Notes under the pieces: generated by a model
What the model was told of the DNA's origin: nothing
What the model saw: the letters and a program-made list of their open reading frames with translations, nothing else
Databases searched by the model: none
Program-made: the position numbers and the translations under genes
Source of the DNA: Candidatus Eiseniibacteriota bacterium
GTDB lineage: Bacteria; Arandabacterota; Arandabacteria; Arandabacterales; Arandabacteraceae
Length of the DNA stretch: 64,000 nt
Assembly: GCA_043808325.1 (NCBI GenBank)
Contig: JAZDEY010000082.1
Location: 3,636-67,635, forward strand
Direction: 5' to 3'
Shown: in pieces, positions 9,423 through 19,077 of the stretch
Layout: each line of letters begins with the position of its first letter
Position numbering within the stretch: position 1 is the stretch's first letter

Positions 9423-10109
9423 GTGAACCTTGCTGAAGTGCCTGACGATCCAGCCCCCACCGGCCACACTCGTGCTGGTGCTCGCCGCGCGGTCATTCGA
9501 GTCTTCGCCCTGGTCATGCTCGTAACTACTCTCTCTTCCGCGCCGGCTCTTGCCTTGAGAATGATTGGGGTTGAGGCCGGCGGCCTGGTGACTTCAAGTC
9601 CGAAATACGGATCCGCCCTGGTCTATGGCGCGAGCATTATGGAGGGCAAGGGAAGATTCGGCGTAGGGTTCGCTTTCATGAGATTCGGCAACTCCTTCGA
9701 TTCCGAGATCGTGGGAAAGCGCGGGGGCGAGACTGACACCGCCAGGTTCAGAGAGACCGTGTGGGATTACTATGTCAGTATCTTGGGCACCTACATGCGT
9801 CAGAGTCCCAATAAGAAGACGCTTCTGATTGCGGGTCTCGGACCCCAGATCCACTTCCTTTCCTCGAACAGGCCAAACCCCTCGGGAGCATACACCGAGA
9901 CCGCGCGGGACTCCCGGCTCGGCATCGGCCTCATGGCTCGCTACGAGCGGGTGATCAGCATGTTCGGGGAGACCACCGCTTTTGTCAGTGGGTCCTGCTC
10001 CTGGATGCAATCGGGGATCCCGCTGGTCGATCCCCTGAGCGAGTACACCCCACCGGTGGACGCCGTGACTTCGGCTGCCCTGACCGTTGGCTTGGCTTTT
10101 CCATTCTGA
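9423..10109 (+). CDS. hypothetical outer-membrane beta-barrel-like protein
   Basis: Signal-like VFALVMLVTTLSSAPALA; alternating amphipathic strands; C-terminal ...TVGLAFPF with terminal Phe typical of OMPs. Start uncertain. Confidence 0.4.
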   Translation: MNLAEVPDDPAPTGHTRAGARRAVIRVFALVMLVTTLSSAPALALRMIGVEAGGLVTSSPKYGSALVYGASIMEGKGRFGVGFAFMRFGNSFDSEIVGKRGGETDTARFRETVWDYYVSILGTYMRQSPNKKTLLIAGLGPQIHFLSSNRPNPSGAYTETARDSRLGIGLMARYERVISMFGETTAFVSGSCSWMQSGIPLVDPLSEYTPPVDAVTSAALTVGLAFPF

Positions 10110-10222
10110 CAGTCCGCCCTGGGAAACCCGGCGAGGGAGCAGGGTGATGCGAAGGCGAATTGCTTCCTGAGCCGGAGCGCACCCCGCGACCGAGGGGGGC
10201 TCTGTGCGAGGGAGTTTCGCTG

Positions 10223-11656
10223 TCAGCAGTCCAGGTAGATTTCGATCTCGTAGGGGTGAGGATGTTGCCTTACCGGATATATCTCCAGCCGGTACTTGAG
10301 GTCGAACCAGGTCTCGATCAAGTCCCTGGTAAAGACATCACCCTCAAGCAGGAACTTGTGATCCTTCTCAAGAGCCTCGAGGGCCTCGTGTAGATCAAAG
10401 GGAACGGCCATAATCCCCTTGGCTTTGAGATCGGGCAGCTTGAAGACATTCATGTCGAAGGGCCCGAACCCTTCCTTCTCGGGGTCTATCTTGTGTCGGA
10501 TGCCGTCCAGCCCCGCCATCAGCATTGCGGCCATCGAGAGATAGGCATTGGCAGTAGCATCCGACGGCCTGAACTCAACCCGAGCATCCTTTTCATCACC
10601 CCTGCTCTTGGGTATGCGCACCGCCGCACTACGGTTACCTATCGAATAGGTGAAGCAGATCGGGGCTTCAAAACCCGGCACCAGGCGTTTGTAGGAATTG
10701 GTGCTGGGGCAAGTAAGTGCCAGGAGGGCCCTGCCGTGCTTGAGGAGCCCCCCGATGTAGTACAGGGCCTCTCTGCTGAGGTTGCCGTAGCCGCCCTTCT
10801 TGAAGAAGATGTTCCGGCCGCCCCTCACGAGGTTCTGGTGGAAGTGCATCCCGTTCCCCGGCTGACCATAAAGCGGCTTGGGAATGAAGGTGGCAACCAG
10901 GCCATGCTTGGCAGCCAGGGTCTTTATGATGTACTTGGCAATGACGATATTGTCGGCACAAGCCATAAGGGTGGCAGGGCGAACCTCGATTTCACATTGC
11001 CCGGCGGAACCACCCTCGTGATGAGCGTACTTAACATCGATGCCCGCCGCCTGGATCTCGGCGACCATCATCGAACGAAGCCGAGGAAACCGGTCCAGTG
11101 GCGGAACGGCATGGTAGCCCTTGCCGGTTATCCACGGGTAGGTCTTGTTCTCGCACCCGGGATCGATCCCGGCCTCGAGCGATTTCACGGTGTACCCCGT
11201 GATCGCAGGCAAGCCCATGATCTTCACTTCATCGAAGAGATTGTACTCCAGCTCCGGCATAAACAAGGCGTGGTCGGCAATGCCGGTTTCCACGAGAAAG
11301 CGCTCCGCCTTGTGGGCAACCAGCCGGGGATCCCGCCCAAAAGGCTTCTTGGTATCGGCCTCGACCACATAACAGATGAAACTGACCGACCGAGTGCCGG
11401 TCCCATCATCCACGAAGTGGGTCGCCGGATCTGGAATCAGCCCCAGATCTCCGCTCTCCAGCCGCGTGAATCCGGGAACGCTTGACCCGTCGAATGCCAC
11501 GCCACGGCTGAAGGTTTCGGCGGTGAAATTGGTGACTGGCAGCATCACCTGATGCCAGCGCCCTATCAGATCCACGAATCTGAGATTGACGTCTCTCGCG
11601 CCGGATTTCCTTACAAAGGCGAGAGCCTTCTCGATCTTTGCGCCTTTCCTTGTCAT
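10223..11656 (-). CDS. glnA: glutamine synthetase, type I
   Basis: KPLYGQPGNGMHFHQN, NSYKRLVPGFEAP and VRIPKSRG GS signatures. Start taken at ATG 11656 (MTRKGAKIEKALAFV) with AGGGG RBS; the track ORF extends 13 codons upstream. Confidence 0.9.
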   Translation of the reverse strand: MTRKGAKIEKALAFVRKSGARDVNLRFVDLIGRWHQVMLPVTNFTAETFSRGVAFDGSSVPGFTRLESGDLGLIPDPATHFVDDGTGTRSVSFICYVVEADTKKPFGRDPRLVAHKAERFLVETGIADHALFMPELEYNLFDEVKIMGLPAITGYTVKSLEAGIDPGCENKTYPWITGKGYHAVPPLDRFPRLRSMMVAEIQAAGIDVKYAHHEGGSAGQCEIEVRPATLMACADNIVIAKYIIKTLAAKHGLVATFIPKPLYGQPGNGMHFHQNLVRGGRNIFFKKGGYGNLSREALYYIGGLLKHGRALLALTCPSTNSYKRLVPGFEAPICFTYSIGNRSAAVRIPKSRGDEKDARVEFRPSDATANAYLSMAAMLMAGLDGIRHKIDPEKEGFGPFDMNVFKLPDLKAKGIMAVPFDLHEALEALEKDHKFLLEGDVFTRDLIETWFDLKYRLEIYPVRQHPHPYEIEIYLDC

Positions 11657-11701
11657 CTCGCGTAACCCCTTGGTTGGCCGAGCCGGATGCACCACGCTCG
11701 A

Positions 11702-12907
11702 CTATAGCCCGAGAACCATCACCATAGCACGATTAGTATCGGTATTGTCCTTGATTCCTGCAAAGAGGTCCTGCCCAGGCCCGCGCGCGAAAATGGGAAC
11801 CATCGTCCCGGTATGGCCTTCGGATATCCACTTGAGGTAGCCGTAATCCTCGCCGGTGATGTTTGCCACATCATCGATCGAAGGATAGCCTGCGTTGGTC
11901 GAGGTTAGCGCGGGAGCTCCCGTATCATGGTCAGCAGTCACGACGATTGTAAGCGTGGAGTCGCTCTGCTGGTATTCCATCGCGTGGCTCAGGGCCGCAT
12001 CCAAGGCCAGGAGCTCACCCAGGGCCGTCCCCAGCAGGTTCTCGTGCTCGGCATGGTCTATCCTGCCACCTTCCACCACCAGCACGAACCCATCGGGGTC
12101 GGCGGTCAGGGTTCTCAGGGCCTTATCGAACATCTCGGTGAGCGACGGGGTCTCATAGGCGCGCCGTTCACCGTCGTAGGGCATGTCCTCGTCGGCAAAG
12201 AGCCCGATGAGCCGCTTGCCGGCGAAGGCGTCGAGGCCCGCCTTGTCGAAAACCACGTCAAAGCCTTTGGCTTTGGCCTCAGCCACCAGATCTCTACTGT
12301 CGGTCCGCTTGCCGCCGTCCGAAGGCAGGAAATATGCCTTGCCCCCTCCCATCACCACGGTTGCGTCGCCCTCCACTATCTGGGCCGCAATATCGACTTC
12401 GTTGGCCCTTATCGCCACATGGGAGAGAAACGATGCGGGGGTGGCGTCAGTAATGGTAGTGGTGGTTATGACGCCGACGGACTTGCCCTTGCTCACCGCC
12501 CGCTCAAGCAGATTCTTAAGCTCGGCGCCGTCGGGCGCAGTGCCGACCTTGCCGTTATTGGTCTTGGTACCTGTGGAAAGAGCAGTGGCCCCGGCCGCCG
12601 AGTCGGTCACCAGCTTATTGTTGGAGTAGGTCGAGGCCAGCCCGGCTCGCCCGGTATTTGCGAATTCCACCATGTTGAGGGGCGCCTGAAGCGCCTTCTC
12701 GGAATAAACCTTGGCAATACTAACTATCTCCGGCCCCATGCCGTCGCCGATGAAGAGGATCAGGCTCTTCGCGTGGAGCCGCGCATCAGTGCCAGCAATT
12801 CCCGTCTGGGTCTCGTAGGCCGGCCTCACGAAAGTCGCCTGAGAACACGCCAGCGATGAGAGGCATATCAAGATTGCCGAAACCACCAGCCGTTTTCCGC
12901 TCATCAT
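11702..12907 (-). CDS. phoA: alkaline phosphatase (PhoA family), secreted
   Basis: Signal peptide; ILFIGDGMG metal-site motif; active-site Ser in VTDSAAGATALSTGTKT. GGAGGGAA RBS before the ATG. Confidence 0.85.
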   Translation of the reverse strand: MMSGKRLVVSAILICLSSLACSQATFVRPAYETQTGIAGTDARLHAKSLILFIGDGMGPEIVSIAKVYSEKALQAPLNMVEFANTGRAGLASTYSNNKLVTDSAAGATALSTGTKTNNGKVGTAPDGAELKNLLERAVSKGKSVGVITTTTITDATPASFLSHVAIRANEVDIAAQIVEGDATVVMGGGKAYFLPSDGGKRTDSRDLVAEAKAKGFDVVFDKAGLDAFAGKRLIGLFADEDMPYDGERRAYETPSLTEMFDKALRTLTADPDGFVLVVEGGRIDHAEHENLLGTALGELLALDAALSHAMEYQQSDSTLTIVVTADHDTGAPALTSTNAGYPSIDDVANITGEDYGYLKWISEGHTGTMVPIFARGPGQDLFAGIKDNTDTNRAMVMVLGL

Positions 12908-13093
12908 TCCCTCCGGACTATTGAGTTGTGATCAGTAGGCCAATTGCCGTCCGTTCTTCGCGGATAAGGGGATAATAATATGATGGCGCCAGATTTGAAA
13001 GCTCTCGGTTCGCAACGACGCTTACCGTCCCCGCGACCGCCGGACCGGCGCACAGATCAGGGTGAGTATCGGCTGGACCCGAGGACCTGCGAC

Positions 13094-14395
13094 CTATCGC
13101 ATGAAGATCAATTGGACCAGAACAAAAACCGGCAACAGCACGATCAATGAGAACTTCCAGACATAGGAGAAGAAGTGCGGCATCTTGATGTTGTTGTCTT
13201 CGGCCACCGCTTTTACCAGGAAGTTCGGGCCATTTCCGATATAGGTCATGCTCCCAAAGAACACCGCACCTACGCAGATTGCCCTCATGAGCTCTTGGGG
13301 AATTCCGGCAACCATGCTCGAGGCCTGTTTCCCCAGGCCGAGCGCAAGCGAGTAAAAGGCGACTGCCGTTGGAGTATTGTCCAGGACGCTGCTCAGACTG
13401 CCGGCAGCATAGTAGAATTGACGGGGCAGATTCACACCAAGATGCTGTGCGTTGTACTCCAGGTAAAGCAGGCAGGGCACCATTGTCACGAAGATCCCGA
13501 AGAACAGATAGGCAACCTCTTTAATCGGTCCCCAGGTGAAATTGTTGGAGACGCGGGCCAATCGTGGAGTCAGAGCCAACGAGAGAAGTGCCATGGCGAC
13601 GAGCGCCAGCTCCCTCACGAATCGGTAGTATGGGTTTCGGTGAATCACGCTGACGTATTGTTCATTCAGGAAGGCAACTGCAAGCACCACCCCCACAAGC
13701 CAAACGAAATTCAACTTGCCTTCGAGCTTGAGCGGGCGAATGTTGGTCTCGTCCCGCAGTACCGCCTGTGGGCTCTCCTTCCTATAGTAATAAGAATCAA
13801 CGAGGAAGTACACCACGAGGAGCAAGCCATTGACGAACAGCCACTCCGGGAAGAGTCTCAGAAACCAGGTAAACGGCGTTCCCCGCAGGTACATCATGAA
13901 CAGGGGCGGATCGCCAAGCGGGGTCAGCAGGCCGCCGCAGTTGGCAACTATTCCTATGAAAAACAGGATCGTGTGGATCTTGAACTTCCTTTCCTGGTTT
14001 GTTTTGATCACAGGGCGGACCAGCAGCATTGCGGCCCCGGTGGTTCCCATAATCGACGCCAGCACTGCACCCGTGCCAAGAAACGCCGTGTTGATGATTG
14101 GTTTTGCCTCGATGTCCCCGCCGAGAGAGATGCCTCCGGTTATGGTAAAGAGCGAGCCGAGCAGGATTATGAAGGGCAGATAGTCAAAAACCAGCGTGTC
14201 AAAAAGCCTCTCATGCATTCCACTTGCCAAGAGGAAAACGGCTATCGGCAGGCTGAGAACTCCCGCAACGATGAGTTTGTTCCTATTCTTCTCCCACCAG
14301 TGATTCCAGACGAGCGGAAAGATCGCGATGGATAGCAGCATCAGGACAAATGGCAGAAGACTTATGAGCGGGGCATCGAATCTCTCAGCATTCAC
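13094..14395 (-). CDS. ArsB/NhaD-superfamily ion permease (CitMHS fold), putative Na+/H+ antiporter
   Basis: About 12 TM segments; NCGGLLTPLGDPPLFMMYL motif typical of the NhaD/ArsB/YbiR permease group. Confidence 0.65.
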   Translation of the reverse strand: MNAERFDAPLISLLPFVLMLLSIAIFPLVWNHWWEKNRNKLIVAGVLSLPIAVFLLASGMHERLFDTLVFDYLPFIILLGSLFTITGGISLGGDIEAKPIINTAFLGTGAVLASIMGTTGAAMLLVRPVIKTNQERKFKIHTILFFIGIVANCGGLLTPLGDPPLFMMYLRGTPFTWFLRLFPEWLFVNGLLLVVYFLVDSYYYRKESPQAVLRDETNIRPLKLEGKLNFVWLVGVVLAVAFLNEQYVSVIHRNPYYRFVRELALVAMALLSLALTPRLARVSNNFTWGPIKEVAYLFFGIFVTMVPCLLYLEYNAQHLGVNLPRQFYYAAGSLSSVLDNTPTAVAFYSLALGLGKQASSMVAGIPQELMRAICVGAVFFGSMTYIGNGPNFLVKAVAEDNNIKMPHFFSYVWKFSLIVLLPVFVLVQLIFMR

Positions 14396-14450
14396 GGCTG
14401 CCTCAATATCTCCTGACCAACGCGGCCACCCTCACTACTCTCGACCGTCA

Positions 14451-14942
14451 TCAGCCTACGGCGGCCTCCCAGGGTGATTCCTTGATCGCCGAATTGATCA
14501 CTTCGGCGAGGTCCCGCCCGGCCTCGGCCACGACCTCGCTCAAGGGCTTCCCGAACTCAAGGCTCTCAGGCTGGACCGCAAGAAAGAAGGTCTTGGCGCC
14601 CGTCTGGGCCTCGATGTAATCCGTAAATATGGTCAAGCGCGCTGCGCGAGTCGGAAGCCCGCCACAGACGATATCCGCCCTGGCCACGATGCGGACTTCG
14701 CCGGGCCGCCCGCCGAAGTCGGCGGCATCGATCACGACGACCTTCTCAGGCTTCATGCGCGCGATCACCCCCAGATAATTCTCGGGAGTCTCGCCGCAGT
14801 CGATAACCTTAACACGGCTGGTGGCCTTGAGGAGCGATCCGACAAGGGGTCCGACCCCGTCATCTGCCCGCCAGGTGTTTCCCACGCAAGCCACAACCAC
14901 CCGGCCGGTGAGCATGCGTGCAAGAAAAGGGTGATCGACCAT
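14451..14942 (-). CDS. hycI: [NiFe]-hydrogenase maturation endopeptidase (HycI/HybD family)
   Basis: VVVACVGNTWRADDGVGPLV matches the GNx4DDGxG signature; about 160 aa. Last gene of the hydrogenase operon. Confidence 0.8.
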   Translation of the reverse strand: MVDHPFLARMLTGRVVVACVGNTWRADDGVGPLVGSLLKATSRVKVIDCGETPENYLGVIARMKPEKVVVIDAADFGGRPGEVRIVARADIVCGGLPTRAARLTIFTDYIEAQTGAKTFFLAVQPESLEFGKPLSEVVAEAGRDLAEVINSAIKESPWEAAVG

Positions 14943-15000
14943 ACGACTCTAAGCAGCTCCAGCCGTGGCTTTGCGCTTCTTTGCCCCTCCTCAGGCTTCT

Positions 15001-15609
15001 CTAAGCCTTGAGCTGGACCTGGCGCCTGCACTTCGGGCAGAGAATCCTTATGACATCCTGCCTGTCAGGCTCCAGATGCTCCTCACGCGGGGGAACATCG
15101 GCGAGGAGTTTCGAGTCCTTGAGGGCTGAAAGAATCAACGTAGGGTTAGAATAGGCGAGGGGACCGAGCCTGTCGGCGACCCACCTTATATGTTCAGCGG
15201 CTCCTACGACGTCGCCGCACATTTCACACATCACAAGTTCCTTCTCGAGACCGGTCTTGGCGTCCTCTCGGTTGAAGTAAACCGTGTCATAGTCCGTGGT
15301 CAGCTTGATGCCTTTCTTGGTGATGCAATTGGCCTCACACTGACCGCACTGGATGCACTTGTCGTACCGCAGGGTGATCGTCCGCTTCCTGGTCTTGGGA
15401 TCGTCCTCCACCTGGATGTCATCGGCCGGGCAGACCATGGCGCAGGCCCCACAGCCCACACAACCCTCCTCATCATACTTGGCCTTACCCCGGAAACGCT
15501 TCTGCGGCTCAGATGGCTTTCTGGGGAATGGATGCGTGTATGGTCCCGTGAACAGGGCCGTAAACGCTTCCTTCAAGATCCTACCCTGAAGAATGCCGGG
15601 TAACTTCAT
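15001..15609 (-). CDS. NuoI/MbhN-like 2x[4Fe-4S] ferredoxin subunit of group-4 hydrogenase, with C-terminal Cys4 extension
   Basis: CVGCGACAMVCP and CIQCGQCEANC. Start at ATG 15609 (MKLPGILQGR) with GGGGAGGA RBS; the track ORF's 85-aa N-extension overlaps mrpG. Extra C-terminal CEMCG...(about 60 aa)...CPKCRR. Confidence 0.8.
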   Translation of the reverse strand: MKLPGILQGRILKEAFTALFTGPYTHPFPRKPSEPQKRFRGKAKYDEEGCVGCGACAMVCPADDIQVEDDPKTRKRTITLRYDKCIQCGQCEANCITKKGIKLTTDYDTVYFNREDAKTGLEKELVMCEMCGDVVGAAEHIRWVADRLGPLAYSNPTLILSALKDSKLLADVPPREEHLEPDRQDVIRILCPKCRRQVQLKA

Positions 15610-15968
15610 TTGTCCTCCCCAAGAGGATACTTGATCTCCTGCGCGCGTTCCTTGAACTTGTTGACCACACTCTTGTCCCAAAGTCTCACACCTGCCAGAT
15701 ATGATCCTCTGACAAGGGCATGTGCGGCAGTGGGCGAGGTAAACAACACGAAGACAGCGCAGAGCCCGGCCTTTATGGCGATCGCCGGCGAAGCCGTGAC
15801 CACAGCGGTCCCAGCGAGCACAAGTATCGTGCCGAGGGTTACGCACTTCGTGGCGGCCTGGCACCTATTGTAGACGTCCGGCAGTCGCAAGAGACCCACG
15901 CAGCCGACGAAATCGAAGAAGGCCCCTATGCTGATGAGGATGTAGCCTATGATCACGTTGCTACTCAT
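15606..15968 (-). CDS. mrpG: Mrp antiporter subunit G-like (MnhG)
   Basis: Three TM helices; size and position after mrpF. Start set at internal Met (MSSNVIIGYILI). Confidence 0.65.
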   Translation of the reverse strand: MSSNVIIGYILISIGAFFDFVGCVGLLRLPDVYNRCQAATKCVTLGTILVLAGTAVVTASPAIAIKAGLCAVFVLFTSPTAAHALVRGSYLAGVRLWDKSVVNKFKERAQEIKYPLGEDK

Positions 15969-16224
15969 CAAACCCCCTCCCCTCAAGATGTTTCGCTAGC
16001 GCAAGCGTTCCTATGAAACTGACAAGGGACCAAGCAATGGCGAGGTTGACGAAGTAGTCTTTGCGCGTGATTAGCACCAACAGGCACACAAAACCCACAA
16101 CCACAACGCCAAGTATATCGATGGCAACGGCCCGGTCGGGGGCGCTTGGGCCGTGGCCGATTCTGTAGAGACACATGAAGCAAGCTGCCGCAAGAACGCC
16201 TGCTATCACGAAGATGAACGTCAT
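15961..16224 (-). CDS. mrpF: Mrp antiporter subunit F-like (MnhF)
   Basis: 87 aa, three TM helices; MTFIFVIAGVLAAACFMCLYRI typical MrpF N-terminus. Confidence 0.65.
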   Translation of the reverse strand: MTFIFVIAGVLAAACFMCLYRIGHGPSAPDRAVAIDILGVVVVGFVCLLVLITRKDYFVNLAIAWSLVSFIGTLALAKHLEGRGFDE

Positions 16225-16730
16225 TCGAATATCCTCCCCAGCAGCTTCTCAAATCGTCCGGATATGTGCTGCGTGGCCTCCTCTACGTCCTCCGCTTTGA
16301 CGTATATCCAATGGACGTAAAGATAGCCGTCGTCGGTCAGGTCAACGGTGATCGTACCCGGCGTCAGAGTTATGGAGTTGGCAAGCATTGTCCTGCCCGC
16401 ATTGCTTTTCAGGGATGTCTTGATCTTGACTATTCCCGGCCTTATCGGCAGATCCGGATGGATGACCCTATAGACCACGTCCAGGTTGGCGTGGATCATG
16501 GCCCACAAGAAGGTGGGAATATAGACCAGGAACCAGAATATGCGGGTCGGGATACCCTTCAAGCGGACCCCTCCCGGGACCTTGTCGCCAAAGAAGATCC
16601 CTACGAAGAGGGCGACAAATACGCCCAGCACCGTACTCTGTACATCGAAATCATTCGTGCCGGGATAGAAGGGCCACACCAGCAGGAACCATAGCACAAA
16701 TGACACAAGTGTAAGGGTCAGCCTTCTCAA
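16221..16730 (-). CDS. mrpE: Mrp antiporter subunit E-like (MnhE)
   Basis: 169 aa; two N-terminal TM helices then a soluble domain. Confidence 0.65.
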   Translation of the reverse strand: MRRLTLTLVSFVLWFLLVWPFYPGTNDFDVQSTVLGVFVALFVGIFFGDKVPGGVRLKGIPTRIFWFLVYIPTFLWAMIHANLDVVYRVIHPDLPIRPGIVKIKTSLKSNAGRTMLANSITLTPGTITVDLTDDGYLYVHWIYVKAEDVEEATQHISGRFEKLLGRIFE

Positions 16731-16742
16731 GCCATCTCCTCC

Positions 16743-18227
16743 TTACATCCCCAATACCCGGGTCGCATACTCAAAGCCTTCTTGAAGAGCCTTAGCCGCC
16801 GGCATGAAGAAGCCGTCTTTGACCTGCGGAAGCCACAGCAATCCCATGAGCGTGGCGAGAACCGCAAATCCCACCATGGAGATTCGCATGAAAACCGGCA
16901 CTTCATGCGCTGAAGCGTAAGCTTCCTTGGGTTCTCCGAAGAAGGTTCTCCGCTGCATTCTCATAAATGCGGCAAGCGTGAGAATGCTCACCCCTGTTGC
17001 CCATGCGGCATAACCGTATTTCTCCGCCTGCACGGCCGCAATGATTATGAAGAGCTTGCTCCAGAAACCGCTGAAAGGCGGTATCCCTGCAATTGACATA
17101 GAGCCTATGAGCGAGGTTGCTCCTGTGACCGGCATCTTGTCCCGCAGGGCGCCCATTTTGTTCATGTCCCGCGTCCCGGTCGAATACTCGATAGCGCCGG
17201 CGTTGAGGAACAACAAGGACTTGAAAACCGCGTGATTCATGAGATGGAAAAGAGCAGCCGCGATTCCCAGTCTTGTGCCGAGGCCAAATCCAAGCACAAT
17301 ATATCCAACCTGGCTTATGCTCGAATACGCCAGGAACCGCTTGATGTCGTCCTGCCCCATCGCCAAGAGCACACCTACGACCATCGAGACAGTACCAAGC
17401 ACAAGCAGTATCGTGGAGATAAGCGGCGTCATGCCCATCGCATTGAACAGGATCCTTGCCATGGCATACAGCCCGATCGTCTTGATGAGGACCCCCGAGA
17501 GCATCGCCGATATGGGAGCGGGGGCGGACGGGTGGGCATCCGGCAGCCATGAGTGGAACGGAATCAGTGCAGATTTAAGTCCAAAACCGGCAATAAATAG
17601 AGCAAGTGCAAAGAAGAAAAGGGGCTGAGTATTGCCAGCCAGGACCCTGGAGATCTGAGCCAGATTGAGGTTGCCGGTCAGGGCGTAGGTTATTGCGATC
17701 CCTAAGAGGATGAGCGTAGAGCCCACACTCCCGAGGACGAGATACCTGAACGAGGCCTCGAGCTCCTCATGCTGGCAGCCAAAGGCAACAAGTGCGTATG
17801 AAGCAATTGACGCAATCTCAAGAAAAACATAAAGATTGAAGATGTCGCCCGTCAGCGCAACCCCGAGCATTCCCCCGACCATCAGCAAGAACAGACTGTA
17901 GAACCGGGATTTCGACGTGAACCTGTCCATGTACTGGATCGAATAGACCGTCACGAGGAAGGAGACAAGCGTGATCGTGATCAGCATGACAACCGAAGCG
18001 CTATCCAGCACGAGATTGATCCCGATGGGTATCCCGGCCCTCGGCAGCCACCCTCCCATCCAGTAAACACCGCTCTTGCCGATCACAGAAAGTGCCATCA
18101 GGAAAAGCACGAGCGTCGTCACATTTCCGAGCACATCACAGAGCCGCGGATTCTTTCTTCCAACCAGCGGAATGAGAAAGCCGGCCCCCAGGGGGATCGC
18201 AACAAACAACGGAAGAATCTGCATCAT
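16743..18227 (-). CDS. mrpD: Mrp antiporter subunit D-like (NuoM/NuoN family proton-pumping subunit)
   Basis: 494 aa polytopic; conserved NuoM/N-like helices (e.g. HSWLPDAH). Confidence 0.8.
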   Translation of the reverse strand: MMQILPLFVAIPLGAGFLIPLVGRKNPRLCDVLGNVTTLVLFLMALSVIGKSGVYWMGGWLPRAGIPIGINLVLDSASVVMLITITLVSFLVTVYSIQYMDRFTSKSRFYSLFLLMVGGMLGVALTGDIFNLYVFLEIASIASYALVAFGCQHEELEASFRYLVLGSVGSTLILLGIAITYALTGNLNLAQISRVLAGNTQPLFFFALALFIAGFGLKSALIPFHSWLPDAHPSAPAPISAMLSGVLIKTIGLYAMARILFNAMGMTPLISTILLVLGTVSMVVGVLLAMGQDDIKRFLAYSSISQVGYIVLGFGLGTRLGIAAALFHLMNHAVFKSLLFLNAGAIEYSTGTRDMNKMGALRDKMPVTGATSLIGSMSIAGIPPFSGFWSKLFIIIAAVQAEKYGYAAWATGVSILTLAAFMRMQRRTFFGEPKEAYASAHEVPVFMRISMVGFAVLATLMGLLWLPQVKDGFFMPAAKALQEGFEYATRVLGM

Positions 18228-18234
18228 GCTCGCT

Positions 18235-18582
18235 CTAACCTCTTAGCCTCCGGATTTCCTGTATGTCGTAAGTGCCGTATCGTTCATATAGCCGCATGGC
18301 AATCGCTACCGTCATTGCCGTGACGCCGACCCCGATCACGATCGCGGTAAGAACAAGCGCCTGGGGAATGGGGTCAACCGAGCTGCGCGCGAAGGTGTCG
18401 GGTGGGATCGTGGTATCCATAATAGGCGCGATCCCCTTCAGCCGGTATCCGATCATGACAAGAAAGAGATTGACCGAATTCTCAAGAACAACAAGACCGA
18501 TTATGATCTTGATGAGATTTCTCTTCACCATCACACCGTAAAGCCCGACCATGAAGAGCATAAGACACAGTGCATAGAGCAT
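18235..18582 (-). CDS. mrpC: Mrp antiporter subunit C-like (NuoK family)
   Basis: 115 aa, three TM helices, NuoK/MnhC-like. Confidence 0.75.
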   Translation of the reverse strand: MLYALCLMLFMVGLYGVMVKRNLIKIIIGLVVLENSVNLFLVMIGYRLKGIAPIMDTTIPPDTFARSSVDPIPQALVLTAIVIGVGVTAMTVAIAMRLYERYGTYDIQEIRRLRG

Positions 18583-18594
18583 GGCTATCTCCTT

Positions 18595-19077
18595 CTATTC
18601 TACCTTCTGCTCCCCCTCGTAGACTACCCTAAGAAGGATCAGCAGTATGAAAAGCAAGAACAGCGAACTGGCAACTTTAAGGGCAATCGCAATATTACAG
18701 AGCGGAATGATGCCGCCACTGACAAGATGAAACGGCCGGCCTATATGCAGTACCTTGACCGGGAAATTGCCGAAGAACACACCCCCGAGGCTCGGCAACA
18801 TGCCCAGAAGCGCGATCGTAAGGAACATGAGGCCCCCGATACTGTCGATCTCAGCAACGATGTTCATGCTGAGGATCTTCGGTGCTCCAGTCTTGCCGTA
18901 GGAGAGGACCAGCATCACAAAGGCAAGGGCCAGGATGACGCCGCCGGCAAAGCCGCCACCAGGGGTGAGGTGACCGTATGCAACGATGTAGATGCCAAAG
19001 ACAAGAATGAAGCCTTTAACCCAACCCGCCATGGTCTTCACTATCGATGTCATGCCCTGCGGTTTCACTCCTGCCAT
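18595..19077 (-). CDS. mrpB: MnhB-domain membrane subunit (MrpB-like)
   Basis: YGHLTPGGGFAGG motif; 4-5 TM. Start uncertain (13-nt overlap with the upstream gene, or an internal Met). Confidence 0.7.
   Translation of the reverse strand: MAGVKPQGMTSIVKTMAGWVKGFILVFGIYIVAYGHLTPGGGFAGGVILALAFVMLVLSYGKTGAPKILSMNIVAEIDSIGGLMFLTIALLGMLPSLGGVFFGNFPVKVLHIGRPFHLVSGGIIPLCNIAIALKVASSLFLLFILLILLRVVYEGEQKVE

Noticed and set aside
10493-11485. 330-aa plus ORF
   Set aside because: Antisense to glnA.
11927-12859. 310-aa plus ORF
   Set aside because: Antisense to the alkaline phosphatase gene.
13175-14335. 386-aa plus ORF
   Set aside because: Antisense to the NhaD/ArsB-type permease; His/Arg/Gln-rich.
15610-15864. 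85-aa N-terminal extension of the NuoI-like ORF
   Set aside because: Overlaps mrpG, has no homology, and an ATG with GGAGG RBS at 15609 begins the conserved domain.
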